This document shows, one piece after another, positions 15,201-30,800 of a DNA stretch of 64,000 bases. The stretch's first letter is position 1; every line of letters begins with the position of its first letter. This stretch comes from Eledone cirrhosa (lineage: Eukaryota). The notes under the pieces are model-generated. The model was not told the origin of the DNA and searched no databases. It saw only the letters and a program-made list of their open reading frames with translations. A program made the position numbers and the translations under genes. The DNA is taken from positions 3,286,001-3,350,000 of the forward strand of contig OZ024760.1 in assembly GCA_964016885.1 (NCBI GenBank), read 5' to 3'.

Positions 15201-18200
15201 ACTGATGGTGGTATTGGTATCGTTAATGGTGATGCTGGTATTGGTATTGTTAGTACTGACGTTGATATTGGTATCGTTAGTACTGATAGTGGTATTGGTA
15301 TTCTTAGTACTGATGTTGGTATTGGTATTGTTAGTGGTGATGGTGGTATTGGTATTGTTAGTGCTGATGGTGGTATTGGTATTGTTAGTGCTGGTGGTGG
15401 TACTGGTGTTGTTAGTGCTGATGGTGGTATTGGTATTGTTAGTGCTGCTGGTGGTATTGGTATTGTTAGTGCTGATGGTGGTATTGGTATTGTTAGTGGT
15501 GATGGTGGTATTGGTATGGTTAGTGCTGATGGTGGTATTTGTATTGTTAGTGGTGAAGGTGGTATTGGTATTGTTAGTACTGATGGTGGTATTGGTATCG
15601 TTAATGGTGATGGTGGTATTGGTATTGTTAGTACTGACGTTGATATTGGTATCGTTAGTACTGATGGTGGTATTGGTATTGTTAGTACTGATGGTGGTAT
15701 TAGTATTGTTAGTACTGATGGTGGTATTGGTATCGTTAGTGCTGATGGTGTTATTGGTATTGTTAGTACTGATGGTGTTATATGTATTGTTAGTACTGAT
15801 GGTGGTATTGGTATTGTTAGTACTGATGGTGGTATTGGTATTGTTAGTGGTGATGGTGGTATTGGTATTGTTAGTGCTGATGGTGGTATTGGTATTGTTA
15901 GTGTTGATGGTGGTATTGGTATTGTTAGTGCTAATGGTGGTATTGGTATTGTTAGTACTGATGGTGTTATTGGTATTGTTAGTGGTGAAGGTGGTATTGG
16001 TATTGTTAGTGGTGAAGGTGGTATTGGTATTGTTAGTGCTGATGGTGGTATTGGTATTGTTAGTGGTGAAGGTGGTATTGGTATTGTTAGTGCTGATGGT
16101 GGTATTGGTATTGTTAGTGGTGAAGGTGGTATTGGTATTGTTAATGGTGATGGTGTTATCGGTATTGTTAGTACTGATGGTGGTATTGGTATTGTTAGTG
16201 CTGATGGTGGTATTGGTATTGTTGGTACTGATGGTGATATTGGTATTGTTAGTGCTGATGGTGGTATTGGTATTGTAAGTGCTGATGGTGGTATTGGTAT
16301 TGTTAGTGCTGATGGTGGTATTGGTATTGTTAGTACTGATGGTGATATTGGTATTGTTAGTGCTGATGGTGGTATTGGTATTGTTAGTACTGATGGTGGT
16401 ATTGGTATTGTTAGTACTGATGGTGGTATTGTATTGTTAGTACTAATGGTGGTATTGGTACTGTAAGTGCTGATGGTGGTATTGGTGGTGTTAGTACTGA
16501 TGGTGGTATTGGTATTGTTAGTGCTGATGGTGGTATTGGTATTGTTAGTACTGATGATGGTATTGTTATTGTTAGTGCTGATTGTGGTATTGGTATTGTT
16601 AGTATTGATGGTGGTATTGGTATTGTTAGTGCTGACGGTGGTATTGGTAATGTTAGTGCTGATGCTGGTATTGGTATTGTTAGTACTGATGGTGGTAGTG
16701 GTATTGTTAGTACTGATGGTGGTATTGGTATTGTTAGTGGTGATGGTGGTATTGGTATTGTTAGTGCTGATGCTGGTATTGGTATTGTTAGTGCTGATGG
16801 TGGTATTGGTATTGTTAGTACTGATGGTGGTATTGGTATTGTTAGTGGCGATGGTGGTATTGGTATTGTTAGTGGTTATGGTGGTATTGGTATTGTTAGT
16901 ACTGATGGTGGTATTGGTATTGTTAGTACTGATGGTGTTATTGGTATTCTTAGTACTGATGGTGGTATTGGTATTGTTAGTGGTGATGGTGGTATTGGTA
17001 TTGTTAGTACTGATGGTGGTATTGGAATTGTTAGTACTGGTGGTGGTATTGGTATTGTTAGTGCTGATGGTGCTGATGGTATTGTTAGTGCTGATGGTGG
17101 TATTGTTAGTGCTGATGGTGATATTGGTATTGTTAGTACTGATGGTGGTATTGTTAGTACTGATGGTGGTATTGGTATTGTTAGTACTGATGGTGGTATT
17201 GGTATTGTTAGTACTGATGGTGGTATTGGTATTGTTAGTGGTGAAGGTGGTATTGGTATTGTTAGTGCTGATGGTGGTATTGGTATTGTTAGTGGTGAAG
17301 GTGGTATTGGTATTGTTAATGGTGATGGTGTTATCGGTATTGTTAGTACTGATGGTGGTATTGGTATTGTTAGTGCTGATGGTGGTATTGGTATTGTTGG
17401 TACTGATGGTGATATTGGTATTGTTAGTGCTGATGGTGGTATTGGTATTGTAAGTGCTGATGGTGGTATTGGTATTGTTAGTGCTGATGGTGGTATTGGT
17501 ATTGTTAGTACTGATGGTGATATTGGTATTGTTAGTGCTGATGGTGGTATTGGTATTGTTAGTACTGATGGTGGTATTGGTATTGTTAGTACTGATGGTG
17601 GTATTGTATTGTTAGTACTGATGGTGGTATTGGTACTGTAAGTGCTGATGGTGGTATTGGTGGTGTTAGTACTGATGGTGGTATTGGTATTGTTAGTGCT
17701 GATAGTGGTATTGGTATTGTTAGTACTGATGATGGTATTGTTATTGTTAGTGCTGATTGTGGTATTGGTATTGTTAGTATTGATGGTGGTATTGGTATTG
17801 TTAGTGCTGACGGTGGTATTGGTAATGTTAGTGCTGATGCTGGTATTGGTATTGTTAGTACTGATGGTGGTAGTGGTATTGTTAGTACTGATGGTGGTAT
17901 TGGTATTGTTAGTGGTGATGGTGGTATTGGTATTGTTAGTGCTGATGCTGGTATTGGTATTGTTAGTGCTGATGGTGGTATTGGTATTGTTAGTACTGAT
18001 GGTGGTATTGGTATTGTTAGTGGCGTTGGTGGTATTGGTATTGTTAGTGGTTATGGTGGTATTGGTATTGTTAGTACTGATGGTGGTATTGGTATTGTTA
18101 GTACTGATGGTGTTATTGGTATTCTTAGTACTGATGGTGGTATTGGTATTGTTAGTGGTGATGGTGGTATTGGTATTGTTAGTACTGATGGTGGTATTGG

Positions 18201-19959
18201 AATTGTTAGTACTGGTGGTGGTATTGTTAGTGCTGATGGTGTTATTGGTATTGTTAGTGCTGATGGTGGTATTGTTAGTGCTGATGGTGATATTGGTATT
18301 GTTAGTACTGATGGTGGTATTGTTAGTACTGATGGTGGTATTGGTATTGTTAGTACTGATGGTGGTATTGGTATTGTTAGTACTGATGGTGCTGATGGTA
18401 TTGTTAGTGCTGATGGTGGTATTGTTAGTGCTGATGGTGATATTGGTATTGTTAGTACTGATGGTGGTATTGTTAGTACTGATGGTGGTATTGGTATTGT
18501 TAGTACTGATGGTGGTATTGGTATTGTTAGTACTGATGGTGGTATTGTTAGTGCTGATGGTGTTATTGGTATTGTTAGTGCTGATGGTGGTATTGTTAGT
18601 ATTGTTAGTACTGATGGTGGTATTGGTATTGTTAGTGCTGATGGTGGTATTGGTATTGTTAGTACTGATGGTGTTATTGGTATTGTTAGTGCTGATGGTG
18701 GTATTGGTATTGTTAGTGCTGATGGTGGTATTGTTAGTATTGTTAGTACTGATGGTGGTATTGGTATTGTTAGTACTGATGGTGGTATTGGTAATGTTAG
18801 TACTGATGGTGGTATTGGTATTGTTAGTACTGATGATGGTATTGGTATTGTTAGTGGTGATGGTGGTATTGGTATTGTTAGTGCTGATGCTGGTATTGGT
18901 ATTGTTAGTGCTGATGGTGGTATTGGTATTGTTAGTACTGATGGTGGTATTGGTATTGTTAGTGGCGATGGTGGTATTGGTATTGTTAGTGGTGATGGTG
19001 GTATTGGTATTGTTAGTACTGATGGTGGTATTGGTATTGTTAGTACTGATGGTGTTATTGGTATTCTTAGTACTGATTGTGGTATTGGTATTGTTAGTGG
19101 TGATGGTGGTATTGGTATTGTTAGTGGTGATGGTGTTATCGGTATTGTTAGTACTGATGGTGGTATTGGTATTGTTAGTACTGATGGTGGTATTGGTATT
19201 GTTAGTGGTGATGGTGGTATTGGTATTGTTAGTGCTGATGGTGGTATTGGTATTGTTAGTGGTGATGGTGGTATTGGTATTGTTAGTACTGATGGGGGTA
19301 TTGGTATTGTTAGTGCTGATGGTGGTATTGGTATTGTTAGTGGTGATGGTGGTATTGGTATCGTTAGTACTGATGGTGGTATTGGAATTGTTAGTACTGG
19401 TGGTGGTATTGGTATTGTTAGTGCTGATGGTGCTGATGGTATTGTTAGTGCTGATGGTGGTATTGTTAGTGCTGATGGTGGTATTGGTATTGTTAGTACT
19501 GATGGTGGTATTGTTAGTACTGATGGTGGTATTGGTATTGTTAGTACTGATGGTGGTATTGGTATTGTTAGTACTGATGGTGGTATTGGTATTGTTAGTA
19601 CTGATGGTGGTATTGTTAGCACTGATGGTGGTATTGGTATTGTTTGTACTGATGGTGGTATTGGTATTGTTAGTACTGATGGTGGTATTGGTATTGTTAG
19701 TGCTGATGGTGGTATTGGTATTGTTAGTACTGATGGTGGTATTGGTATTGTTAGTGCTGATGGTGGTATTGGTATTGTTAGTACTGATGGTGGTATTGTT
19801 AGTGCTGCTGGTGGTATTGGTATTGTTAGTACTGATGGTGGTATTGTTAGTGCTGATGGTGGTATTGGTATTGTTAGTGCTGATGGTGGTATTGGTATTG
19901 TTAGTGCTGATGGTGGTCATGGTGTTGTTAGTACTGATGGTGGTATTGGTATTGTTAGT
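9274..19959. repeat. Tandem duplication of a 5335-bp block, apparently near-identical (~9274-14624 and ~14609-19959)
   Basis: ORF pairs 10181/15516, 11132/16467, 12307/17642, 12716/18051 and 9589/14924 all differ by 5335. Private variants recur at that offset: ACGGAT ~9527/~14862, ACTAAT ~11107/~16442, GGCGTT ~12687/~18022, AGCACT ~14283/~19618. Confidence 0.93.
10704..12891. repeat. Nested 1175-bp-offset duplication inside the 5335-bp block (also present at ~16039-18226)
   Basis: ORF ends 10943/12118 and starts 11132/12307 differ by 1175. The same variant series recurs (GGTGAA, AATGGT, GTAAGT, 1-bp deletion, GGTGGTGTT, GGTTAT) with a few SNPs. Confidence 0.85.
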
Positions 19960-22900
19960 ACTGATGGTGGTATTGGTATTGTTAGGATTGATGGTGGTAT
20001 TGGTATTGTTAGTGCTGATGGTGTTATTGGTATTCTTAGTACTGATGGTGGTATTGGTATTGTTAGTACTGATGGTGGTATTGTTAGTACTGATGGTGGT
20101 ATTGGTATTGTTAGTACTGATGGTGGTATTGGTATTGTTAGTACTGATGGCGGTATTGGTATTGTTAGGATTGATGGTGGTATTGGTATCGTTAGTACTG
20201 ATGGTGGTATTGGTATCGTTAATGGTGATGGTGGTATTGGTATTGTTAGTACTGATGGTGGTATTAGTATTGTTAGTGCTGATGGTGGTATTGGTATTGT
20301 TAGGATTGATGGTGGTATTGGTATTGTTAGTACTGATGGTGGTATTGGTATCGTTAATGGTGATGCTGGTATTGGTATTGTTAGTACTGACGTTGATATT
20401 GGTATCGTTAGTACTGATAATGGTATTGGTATTCTTAGTACTGATGGTGGTATTGGTATTGTTAGTGGTGATGGTGGTATTGGTATTGTTAGTGCTGATG
20501 GTGGTATTGGTATTGTTAGTGCTGGTGGTGGTACTGGTGTTGTTAGTGCTGATGGTGGTATTGGTATTGTTAGTGCTGATGGTGGTATTGGTATTGTTAG
20601 TGCTGATGGTGGTATTGGTATTGTTAGTACTGACGTTGATATTGGTATCGTTAGTACTGATGGTGGTATTGGTATTGTTAGTACTGATGGTGGTATTAGT
20701 ATTGTTAGTACTGATGGTGGTATTGGTATCGTTAGTGCTGATGGTGTTATTGGTATTGTTAGTACTGATGGTGTTATATGTATTGTTAGTACTGATGGTG
20801 GTATTGGTATTGTTAGTACTGATGGTGTTATTGGTATTGTTAGTGGTGATGGTGGTATTGGTATTGTTAGTGCTGATGGTGGTATTGGTATTGTTAGTGC
20901 TGATGGTGGTATTGGTATTGTTAGTGCTGATGGTGGTATTGGTATTGTTAGTACTGATGGTGTTATTGGTATTGTTAGTGGTGAAGGTGGTATTGGTATT
21001 GTTAGTGGTGAAGGTGGTATTGGTATTGTTAGTGCTGATGGTGGTATTGGTATTGTTAGTGGTGAAGGTGGTATTGGTATTGTTAGTGCTGATGGTGGTA
21101 TTGGTATTGTTAGTACTGATGGTGATATTGGTATTGTTAGTGCTGATGGTGGTATTGGTATTGTTAGTACTGATGGTGGTATTGGTATTGTTAGTACTGA
21201 TGGTGGTATTGTATTGTTAGTACTGATGGTGGTATTGGTACTGTAAGTGCTGATGGTGGTTTTGGTGTTGTTAGTACTGATGGTGGTATTGGTATTGTTA
21301 GTGCTGATGGTGGTATTGGTATTGTTAGTACTGATGATGGTATTGTTATTGTTAGTGCTGATTGTGGTATTGGTATTGTTAGTATTGATGGTGGTATTGG
21401 TATTGTTAGTGCTGACGGTGGTATTGGTAATGTTAGTGCTGATGCTGGTATTGGTATTGTTAGTGCTGATGGTGGTATTGGTATTGTTAGTACTGATGGT
21501 GGTATTGGTATTGTTAGTGGCGATGGTGGTATTGGTATTGTTAGTGGTGATGGTGGTATTGGTATTGTTAGTACTGATGGTGGTATTGGTATTGTTAGTA
21601 CTGATGGTGTTATTGGTATTCTTAGTACTGATGGTGGTATTGGTATTGTTAGTGGTGATGGTGGTATTGGTATTGTTAGTACTGATGGTGGTATTGGAAT
21701 TGTTAGTACTGGTGGTGGTATTGGTATTGTTAGTGCTGATGGTGCTGATGGTATTGTTAGTGCTGATGGTGGTATTGTTAGTGCTGATGGTGATATTGGT
21801 ATTGTTAGTACTGATGGTGGTATTGTTAGTACTGATGGTGGTATTGGTATTGTTAGTACTGATGGTGGTATTGGTATTGTTAGTACTGATGGTGGTATTG
21901 GTATTGTTAGTACTGATGGTGGTATTGTTAGTACTGATGGTGGTATTGGTATTGTTAGTACTGATGGTGGTATTGGTATTGTTAGTACTGATGGTGGTAT
22001 TGGTATTGTTAGTGCTGATGGTGGTATTGGTATTGTTAGTACTGATGGTGGTATTGGTATTGTTAGTGCTGATGGTGTTATTGGTATTGTTAGTGCTGAT
22101 GGTGGTATTGGTATTGTTAGTACTGATGGTGTTATTGGTATTCTTAGTACTGATGGTGGTATTGGTATTGTTAGTGGTGATGGTGGTATTGGTATTGTTA
22201 GTACTGATGGTGGTATTGGAATTGTTAGTACTGGTGGTGGTATTGGTATTGTTAGTGCTGATGGTGCTGATGGTATTGTTAGTGCTGATGGTGGTATTGT
22301 TAGTGCTGATGGTGATATTGGTATTGTTAGTACTGATGGTGGTATTGTTAGTACTGATGGTGGTATTGGTATTGTTAGTACTGATGGTGGTATTGGTATT
22401 GTTAGTACTGATGGTGGTATTGGTATTGTTAGTGGCGATGGTGGTATTGGTATTGTTAGTGGTGATGGTGGTATTGGTTTTGTTAGTACTGATGGTGGTA
22501 TTGGTATTGTTAGTACTGATGGTGTTATTGGTATTCTTAGTACTGATGGTGGTATTGGTATTGTTAGTGGTGATGGTGGTATTGGTATTGTTAGTGGTGA
22601 TGGTGTTATCGGTATTGTTAGTGCTGATGGTGGTATTGGTATTGTTAGTGGTGATGGTGGTATTGGTATTGTTAGTACTGACGGTGGTATTGGAATTGTT
22701 AGTACTGTTGGTGGTATTGGTATTGTTAGTGCTGATGGTGCTGATGGTATTGTTAGTGCTGATGGTGGTATTGGTATTGTTAGTACTGATGGTGGTATTG
22801 TTAGTACTGATGGTGGTATTGGTATTGTTAGTACTGATGGTGGTATTGGTATTGTTAGTACTGATGGTGGTATTGGTATTGTTAGTACTGATGGTGGTAT

Positions 22901-25900
22901 TGTTAGTACTGATGGTGGTATTGGTATTGTTAGTACTGATGGTGGTATTGGTATTGTTAGTACTGATGGTGGTATTGGTATTGTTAGTGCTGATGGTGGT
23001 ATTGGTATTGTTAGTACTGATGGTGGTATTGGTATTGTTAGTGCTGATGGTGTTATTGGTATTGTTAGTGCTGATGGTGGTATTGTTAGTATTGTTAGTA
23101 CTGATGGTGGTATTGGTATTGTTAGTGCTGATGGTGGTATTGGTATTGTTAGTACTGATGGTGTTATTGGTATTGTTAGAGCTGATGGTGGTATTGGTTT
23201 TGTTAGTGCTGATGGTGGTATTGTTAGTATTGTTAATGCTGATGGTGGTATCGGTATTGTTAGTACTGATGGTGGTATTGGTATTGTTAGTACTGATGGT
23301 GGTATTGGTATTGTTAGTACTGATGGTGGTATTGGTATTGTTAGTGCTGATGGTGGTATTGGTATTGTTAGTACTGATGGTGTTATTGGTATTGTTAGTA
23401 CTGATGGTGGTATTGGTATCGTTAGTACTGATGGTGGTATTGTTAGTGCTGATGGTGGCATTGGTATTGTTAGTAGTGATGGTGGTATTGGTATTGTTAG
23501 TACTGATGGTGGTATTGTTAGTACTGATGGTGGTATTGTTAGTACTGATGGTGGTATTGTTAGTACTGATGGTGGTATTGGTATTGTTAGGATTGATGGT
23601 GGTATTGGTATTGTTAGTGCTGATGGTGTTATTGGTATTCTTAGTACTGATGGTGATATTGGTATTGTTAGTACTGATGGTGGTATTGGTATTGTTAGTA
23701 CTGATGGTGGTATTGGTATTGTTAGTACTGATGGCGGTATTGGTTTTGTTAGGATTGATGGTGGTATTGGTATTGTTAGTACTGATGGTGGTATTGGTAT
23801 TGTTAGTGTTGATGGTGGTATTGGTATTGTTAGTGCTGATGGTGGTATTGGTATTGTTAGTACTGATGGTGGTATTGGTATTGTTAGTACTGATGGTGGT
23901 ATTGGTATTGTTAGTACTGATGGTGGTATTGGTATTGTTAGTACTGTTGGTGGTATTGGTATTGTTAGTACTGATGGCGGTATTGGTATTGTTAGGATTG
24001 ATAGTGGTATTGGTATTGTTAGTACTGAAGTTGATATTGGTATCGTTAGTACTGATGGTGGTATTGGCATCGTTAATGGTGATGGTGGTATTGGTATTGT
24101 TAGTACTGATGGTGGTATTGGTATTGTTAGTGCTGATGGTGGTATTGGTAATGTTAGTGCTGATGGTGTTATTGGTATTGTTAGTGGTGATGGTGGTATT
24201 GGTATTGTTAGTGCTGATGGTGGTATTGGTATTGTTAGTGGTGATGGTGGTATTGGTATTGTTAGTGGTGATGGTGGTATTGGTATTGTTAGTGCTGATG
24301 GTGGTATTGGTATTGTTAGTGCTGATGGTGGTATTGGTATTGTTAGTGGTGATGGTGGTATTGGTATTGTTAGTGGTGATGGTGGTATTGGTATTGTTAG
24401 TGGTGATGGTGGTATTGGTATTGTTAGTGCTGATGGTGGTATTGGTATTGTTAGTGCTGATGGTGGTATTGGTATTGTTAGTGGTGATGGTGGTATTGGT
24501 ATTGTTAGTACTGACGTTGATATTGGTATCGTTAGTACTGATGGTGGTATTGGTATTCTTAGTACTGATGGTGGTATTGGTATTGTTAGTGGTGATGGTG
24601 GTATTGGTATTGTTAGTGCTGATGGTGGTATTGGTATCGTTAGTGCTGATGGGGGTATTGGTATTGTTAGTGCTGATGGTGGTATTGGTATTGTTAGTGC
24701 TGATGGTGGTATTGGTATTGTTAGTACTGATGGTGGTATTAGTATTGTTAGTACTGATGGTGGTATTGGTATTGTTAGTACTGATGGTGGTATTGGTATT
24801 GTTAGTGGTGATGGTGGTATTGGTATTGTTAGTGCTGATGGTGGTATTGGTATTGTTAGTGCTGATGGTGGTATTGGTATTGTTATTTCTGATGGTGGTA
24901 TTGGTATTGTTAGTGCTGATGGTGGTATTGGTATTGTTAGTGGGGAAGGTGGTATTGGTATTGTTAATGGTGATGGTGTTATCGGTATTGTTAGTACTGA
25001 TGTTGGTATTGGTATTGTTGGTACTGATGGTGATATTGGTATTGTTAGTGGTGAATGTGGTATTGGTATTGTTAGTGGTGATGGTGGTATCGGTATTGTT
25101 AGTGGTGAAGGTGGTATTGGTATTGTTAGTGCTGATGGTGGTATTGGTATTGTTAGTGGTGAAGCTGGTATTGGTATTGTTAGTGCTGATGGTGGTATTG
25201 GTATTGTTAGTGGTGAAGGTGGTATTGGTATTGTTAATGGTGATGGTGTTATCGGTATTTTTAGTACTGATGGTGGTATTGGTATTGTTAGTGCTGATGG
25301 TGGTATTGGTATTGTTGGTACTGATGGTGATATTGGTATTGTTAGTGCTGATGGTGGTATTGTTATTGTTAGTGCTGATGGTGGTATTGGTATTGTTAGT
25401 ACTGATGGTGATATTGGTATTGTTAGTGGTGATGGTGGTATTGGTATTGTTAGTGCTGATGGTGGTATTGGTATTGTTAGTACTGATGGTGGTATTGGTA
25501 TTGTTAGTACTGATGGTGGTATTGGTATTGTTAGTATTGATGGTGGTATTGTATTGTTAGTACTGATGGTGGTATTGGTACTGTAAGTGCTGATGGTGGT
25601 ATTGGTATTGTTAGTACTGATGGTGGTATTGGTATTGTTAGTGTTGATGGTGGTATTGGTTTTGTTAGTACTGATGATGGTATTGTTATTGTTAGTGCTG
25701 ATTGTGGTATTGGTATTGTTAGTATTGATGGTGGTATTGGTATTGTTAGTGCTGACGGTGGTATTGGTATTGTTAGTGCTGATGCTGGTATTGGTATTGT
25801 TAGTACTGATGGTGGTATTGGTATTGTTAGTACTGATGGTGGTATTGGTATTGTTAGTGGTGATCGTGGTATTGTTAGTGCTGATGCTGGTATTGGTATT

Positions 25901-27870
25901 GTTAGTGCTGATGGTGGTATTGGTATTGTTAGTACTGATGGTGGTATTGGTATTGTTAGTATTGATGGTGTTATTGGTATTCTTAGTACTGATGGTGGTA
26001 TTGGTATTGTTAGTGGTGATGGTGGTATTGGTATTGTTAGTGGAGATGGTGTTATTGGTATTGTTAGTGCTGATGGTGGTATTTGTATTGTTAGTGGTGA
26101 TGGTGTTATTGGTATTGTTAGTACTGATGGTGTTATTGGTATTGTTAGTGCTGATGGTGTTATTGGTATTGTTAGTGCTGATGGTGCTGATGGTGGTATT
26201 GGTATTGTTAGTACTGATGGTGGTATTGTTATTGTTAGTGCTGATGGTGTTATTGGTACCGTTAGTACTGATGGTGGTATTGGTATTGTTAGTACTGGTG
26301 GGGGTATTGGTATTGTTAGTACTGAAGGTGGTATTGGTATTGTTAGTACTGATGGTGGTATTGGTATTGTTAGTGCTGATGGTGGGAATGGTATTGTTAG
26401 TACTGATGGTGGTATTGGTATTGTTAGTACTGATGGTGGTATTGGTATTGGTATTGTTAATGGCGATGGTGGTATTGGTATTGTTAGTACTGACGGTGGT
26501 ATTGGTATTGTTAGTACTGATGGTGTTATTGGTATTGTTAGTACTGATGGTGGTATTGGTATTCTTAGTGGTGATGGTGGTATTGGTATTGTTAGTGCTG
26601 ATGGTGGTACTGGTATTGTTGTTAGTACTGATGGTGATATTCGTATTGTTAGTGCTGATGGTGGTATTGGTATTGTTAGTGATGATGGTGGTATTGGTAT
26701 TCTTAGTGGTGATGGTGGTATTGGTATTGTTAGTGCTGATGGTGGTACTGGTATTGTTAGTACTGATGGTGATATTCGTATTGTTAGTGCTGATGGTGGT
26801 ATTGGTATTGTTAGTACTGATGGTGGTATTGGTATTGTTAGTACTGATGGTGGTATTGGTATTGTTAGTACTGATGGTGGTATTGTTAGTATTGTTAATA
26901 CTGATGGTGGTATTGGTTTTGTTAGTGCTGATGGTGGTATTGGTATTGTTAGTACTGATGGGGGTATTGGTATTGTCAGTGCTGCTGGTGGTGTTGTTAT
27001 TGTTAGTGCTGATGGTGGTGTTGGTATTGTTAGCGTTGATGGTGGTATTGGTATTGTTAGTGCTGATGGGTCTGATGGTATTGTTAGTGCTGATGGTGGT
27101 ATTGGTATTGTTAGTGTTGATGGTGGTATTGGTATTGTTAGTACTGATGGTGGTATTGGTATTGTTAGTGCTGATGGTGGTATTGGTATTGTTAGTGCTG
27201 ATGGTGGTATTGTTAGTGCTGATGGTGGTATTGGTATTGTTAGTGCTGATGGTGGTATTCGTTTTGTTAGTATTGATGGTGGTATTCTTAGTATTGTTAG
27301 TACTGATGGTGTTATATGTATTGTTCGTACTGATGGTGGTATTGGTATTGTTAGTGTTGATGGTGGTATTGGTATTGTTAGTACTTATGGTGGTATTGGT
27401 ATTGTTAGTACTGATGGTGGTATTGGTATTGTTAGTACTGATGGTGTTGTTGGTATTGTTAGTACTGATGGTGGTATTGGTATTGTTAGTACTGATGGTG
27501 GTATTGGTATTGTTAGTGCTGATGTTGGTATTGGTATTGTTAGTACTGATGGTGGTATTGGTATTGTTAGTGCTGATGCTGGTATTGGTATTGTTAGTAC
27601 TGATGGTGGTATTGGTATTGTTAGTACTGATGATGGTATTGTTATTGTTAGTGCTGATTGTGGTATTGGTATTGTTAGTATTGATGGTGGTATTGGTATT
27701 GTTAGTGCTGACGGTGGTATTGGTATTGTTAGTGCTGATGCTGGTATTGGTATTGTTAGTACTGATGGTGGTATTGGTATTGTTAGTACTGATGGTGGTA
27801 TTGTTATTGTTAGTGGTGATGGTGGTATTGGTATTGTTAGTGCTGATGGTGGTATTGGTATTGTTAGTGC

Positions 27871-30800
27871 TGATGGTGGTATTGGTATTGTTATTGCTGA
27901 TGGTGGTATTGGTATTGTTAGTGCTGATGGTGGTATTGGTATTGTTAGTGGTGAAGGTGGTATTGGTATTGTTAATGGTGATGGTGTTATCGGTATTGTT
28001 AGTACTGATGGTGGTATTGGTATTGTTGGTACTGATGGTGATATTGGTATTGTTAGTGGTGAAGGTGGTATTGGTATTGTTAGTGGTGATGGTGGTATTG
28101 GTATTGTTAGTGGTGAAGGTGGTATTGGTATTGTTAGTGCTGATGGTGGTATTGGTATTGTTAGTGGTGAAGATGGTATTGGTATTGTTAGTGCTGATGG
28201 TGGTATTGGTATTGTTAGTGGTGAAGGTGGTATTGGTATTGTTAATGGTGATGGTGTTATCGGTATTTTTAGTACTGATGGTGGTATTGGTATTGTTAGT
28301 GCTGATGGTGGTATTGGTATTGTTGGTACTGATGGTGATATTGGTATTGTTAGTGCTGATGGTGGTATTGGTATTGTTAGTGCTGATGGTGGTATTGGTA
28401 TTGTTAGTGCTGATGGTGGTATTGGTATTGTTAGTACTGATGGTGATATTGGTATTGTTAGTGGTGATGGTGGTATTGGTATTGTTAGTGCTGATGGTGG
28501 TATTGGTATTGTTAGTACTGATTGTGGTATTGGTATTGTTAGTACTGATGGTGGTATTGGTATTGTTAGTACTGATGGTGGTATTGTATTGTTAGTACTG
28601 ATGGTGGTATTGGTACTGTAAGTGCTGATGGTGGTATTGGTATTGTTAGTATTGATGGTGGTATTGGTATTGTTAGTGTTGATGGTGGTATTGGTATTGT
28701 TAGTACTGATGATGGTATTGTTATTGTTAGTGCTGATTGTGGTATTGGTATTGTTAGTGCTGATTGTGGTATTGGTATTGTTAGTATTGATGGTGGTATT
28801 GGTATTGTTAGTACTGATGGTGGTATTGGTATTGTTAGTGGCGATGGTGGTATCGGTATTGTTAGTGGTGATGGTGGTATTGGTATTGTTAGTGGAGATG
28901 GTGTTATTGGTATTGTTAGTACTGATGGTGTTATTGGTATTGTTAGTGCTGATGGTGGTATTGGTATTGTTAGTGCTGATGGTGCTGATGGTGGTATTGG
29001 TATTGTTAGTACTGATGGTGGTATTGTTATTGTTAGTGCTGATGGTGTTATTGGTACCGTTAGTACTGATGGTGGTATTGGCATTGTTAGTACTGGTGGG
29101 GGTATTGGTATTGTTAGTACTGATGGTGGTATTGGTATTGTTAGTACTGATGGTGGTATTGGTATTATTAGTGCTGATGGTGGTATTGGTATTGTTAGTG
29201 CTGATGGTGGTATTGGTATTGTTAGTACTGATGGTGGTATTGGTATTGTTAGTGCTGATGGTGGGAATGGTATTGTTAGTACTGATGGTGGTATTGGTAT
29301 TGTTAGTACTGATGGTGGTATTGGTATTGGTATTGTTAGTGGCGATGGTGGTGTTGGTATTGTTAGTACTGACGGTGGTATTGGTATTGTTAGTACTGAT
29401 GGTGTTATTGGTATTGTTAGTACTGATGGTGGTATTGGTATTGTTAGTGGTGATGGTGGTATTGGTATTGTTAGTGATGATGGTGGTATTGGTATTGTTA
29501 GTGGTGATGGTGGTATTGGTATTGTTAGTGCTGATGGTGGTACTAGTATTGTTAGTACTGATGGTGATATTGGTATTGTTAGTGCTGATGGTGGTATTGG
29601 TATTGTTAGTACTGATGGTGGTATTGGTATTGTTAGTACTGATGGTGGTATTGGTATTGTTAGTGCTGATGCTGGTATTGGTATTGTTAGTACTGATGGT
29701 GGTATTGGTATTGTTAGTACTGATGGTGGTATTGGTATTGTTAGTGGTGATGGTGGTATGGGTATTGTTAGTGGTGATGCTGGTATTGGTATTGTTAGTA
29801 CTGATGGTGGTATTGGTATTGTTAGTGGGAATGGTGGTATTGGTATTGTTATTACTGATGGTGTTATTGGTATTGTTAGTACTGATGGTGGTATTGGTAT
29901 TGTTAGTGGTGATGGTGGTATTGGTATTGTTAGTGGTGATGGTGTTATAGGTATTGTTAGTGCTGATGGTGGTATTGGTATTGTTAGTGCTGATGGTGTT
30001 ATTGGTATTGTTAGTACTGATGGTGGTATTGGTATTGTTAGTACTGATGGTGGTATTGGTATTGTTAGTGGTGATGGTGGTATTGGTATTGTTAGTGCTG
30101 ATGGTGGTATTGGTATTGTTAGTGGTGTAGTGGTATTGGTATTGTTAGTACTGATGGTAGTATTGGAATTGTTAGTACTGGTGGTGGTATTGGTATTGTT
30201 AGTGGCGATGGTGGTATTGGTATTGTTAGTGGTGATGGTGTTATTGGTATTGTTAGTGCTGATGGTGGTATTGGTATTGTTAGTGGTGATGGTGTTATTG
30301 GTATTGTTAGTACTGATGGTGGTATTGGTATTGTTAGTGCTGATGGTGGTATTGGTATTGTTAGTGCTGATGGTGCTGATGGTGGTATTAGTATTGTTAG
30401 TACTGATGGTGGTATTGTTATTGTTAGTGCTGATGGTTTTATTGGTACTGTTAGTACTGATGGTGGTATTGGTATTGTTAGTGCTGATGGTGGTATTGGT
30501 ATTGCTGATGGTGGTATTGGTATTGTTAGTACTGATGGTGGTATTGGTATTATTAGTGCTGATGGTGGTATTGGCATTGTTAGTGCTGATGGTGGTATTG
30601 GTTTTGTTAGTACTGATGTTGGTATTGGTATTGTTAGTGCTGATGGTGGGAATGGTATTTTTAGTACTGATGGTGGGAATGGTATTTTTAGTACTGATGG
30701 TGGTATTGGTATTGTTTGTGGCGATGGTGTTATTGGTATTGTTAGTGGTGATGGTGGTATTGGTATTGTTAGTACTGATGGTGGTATTGGTATTGTTAGT

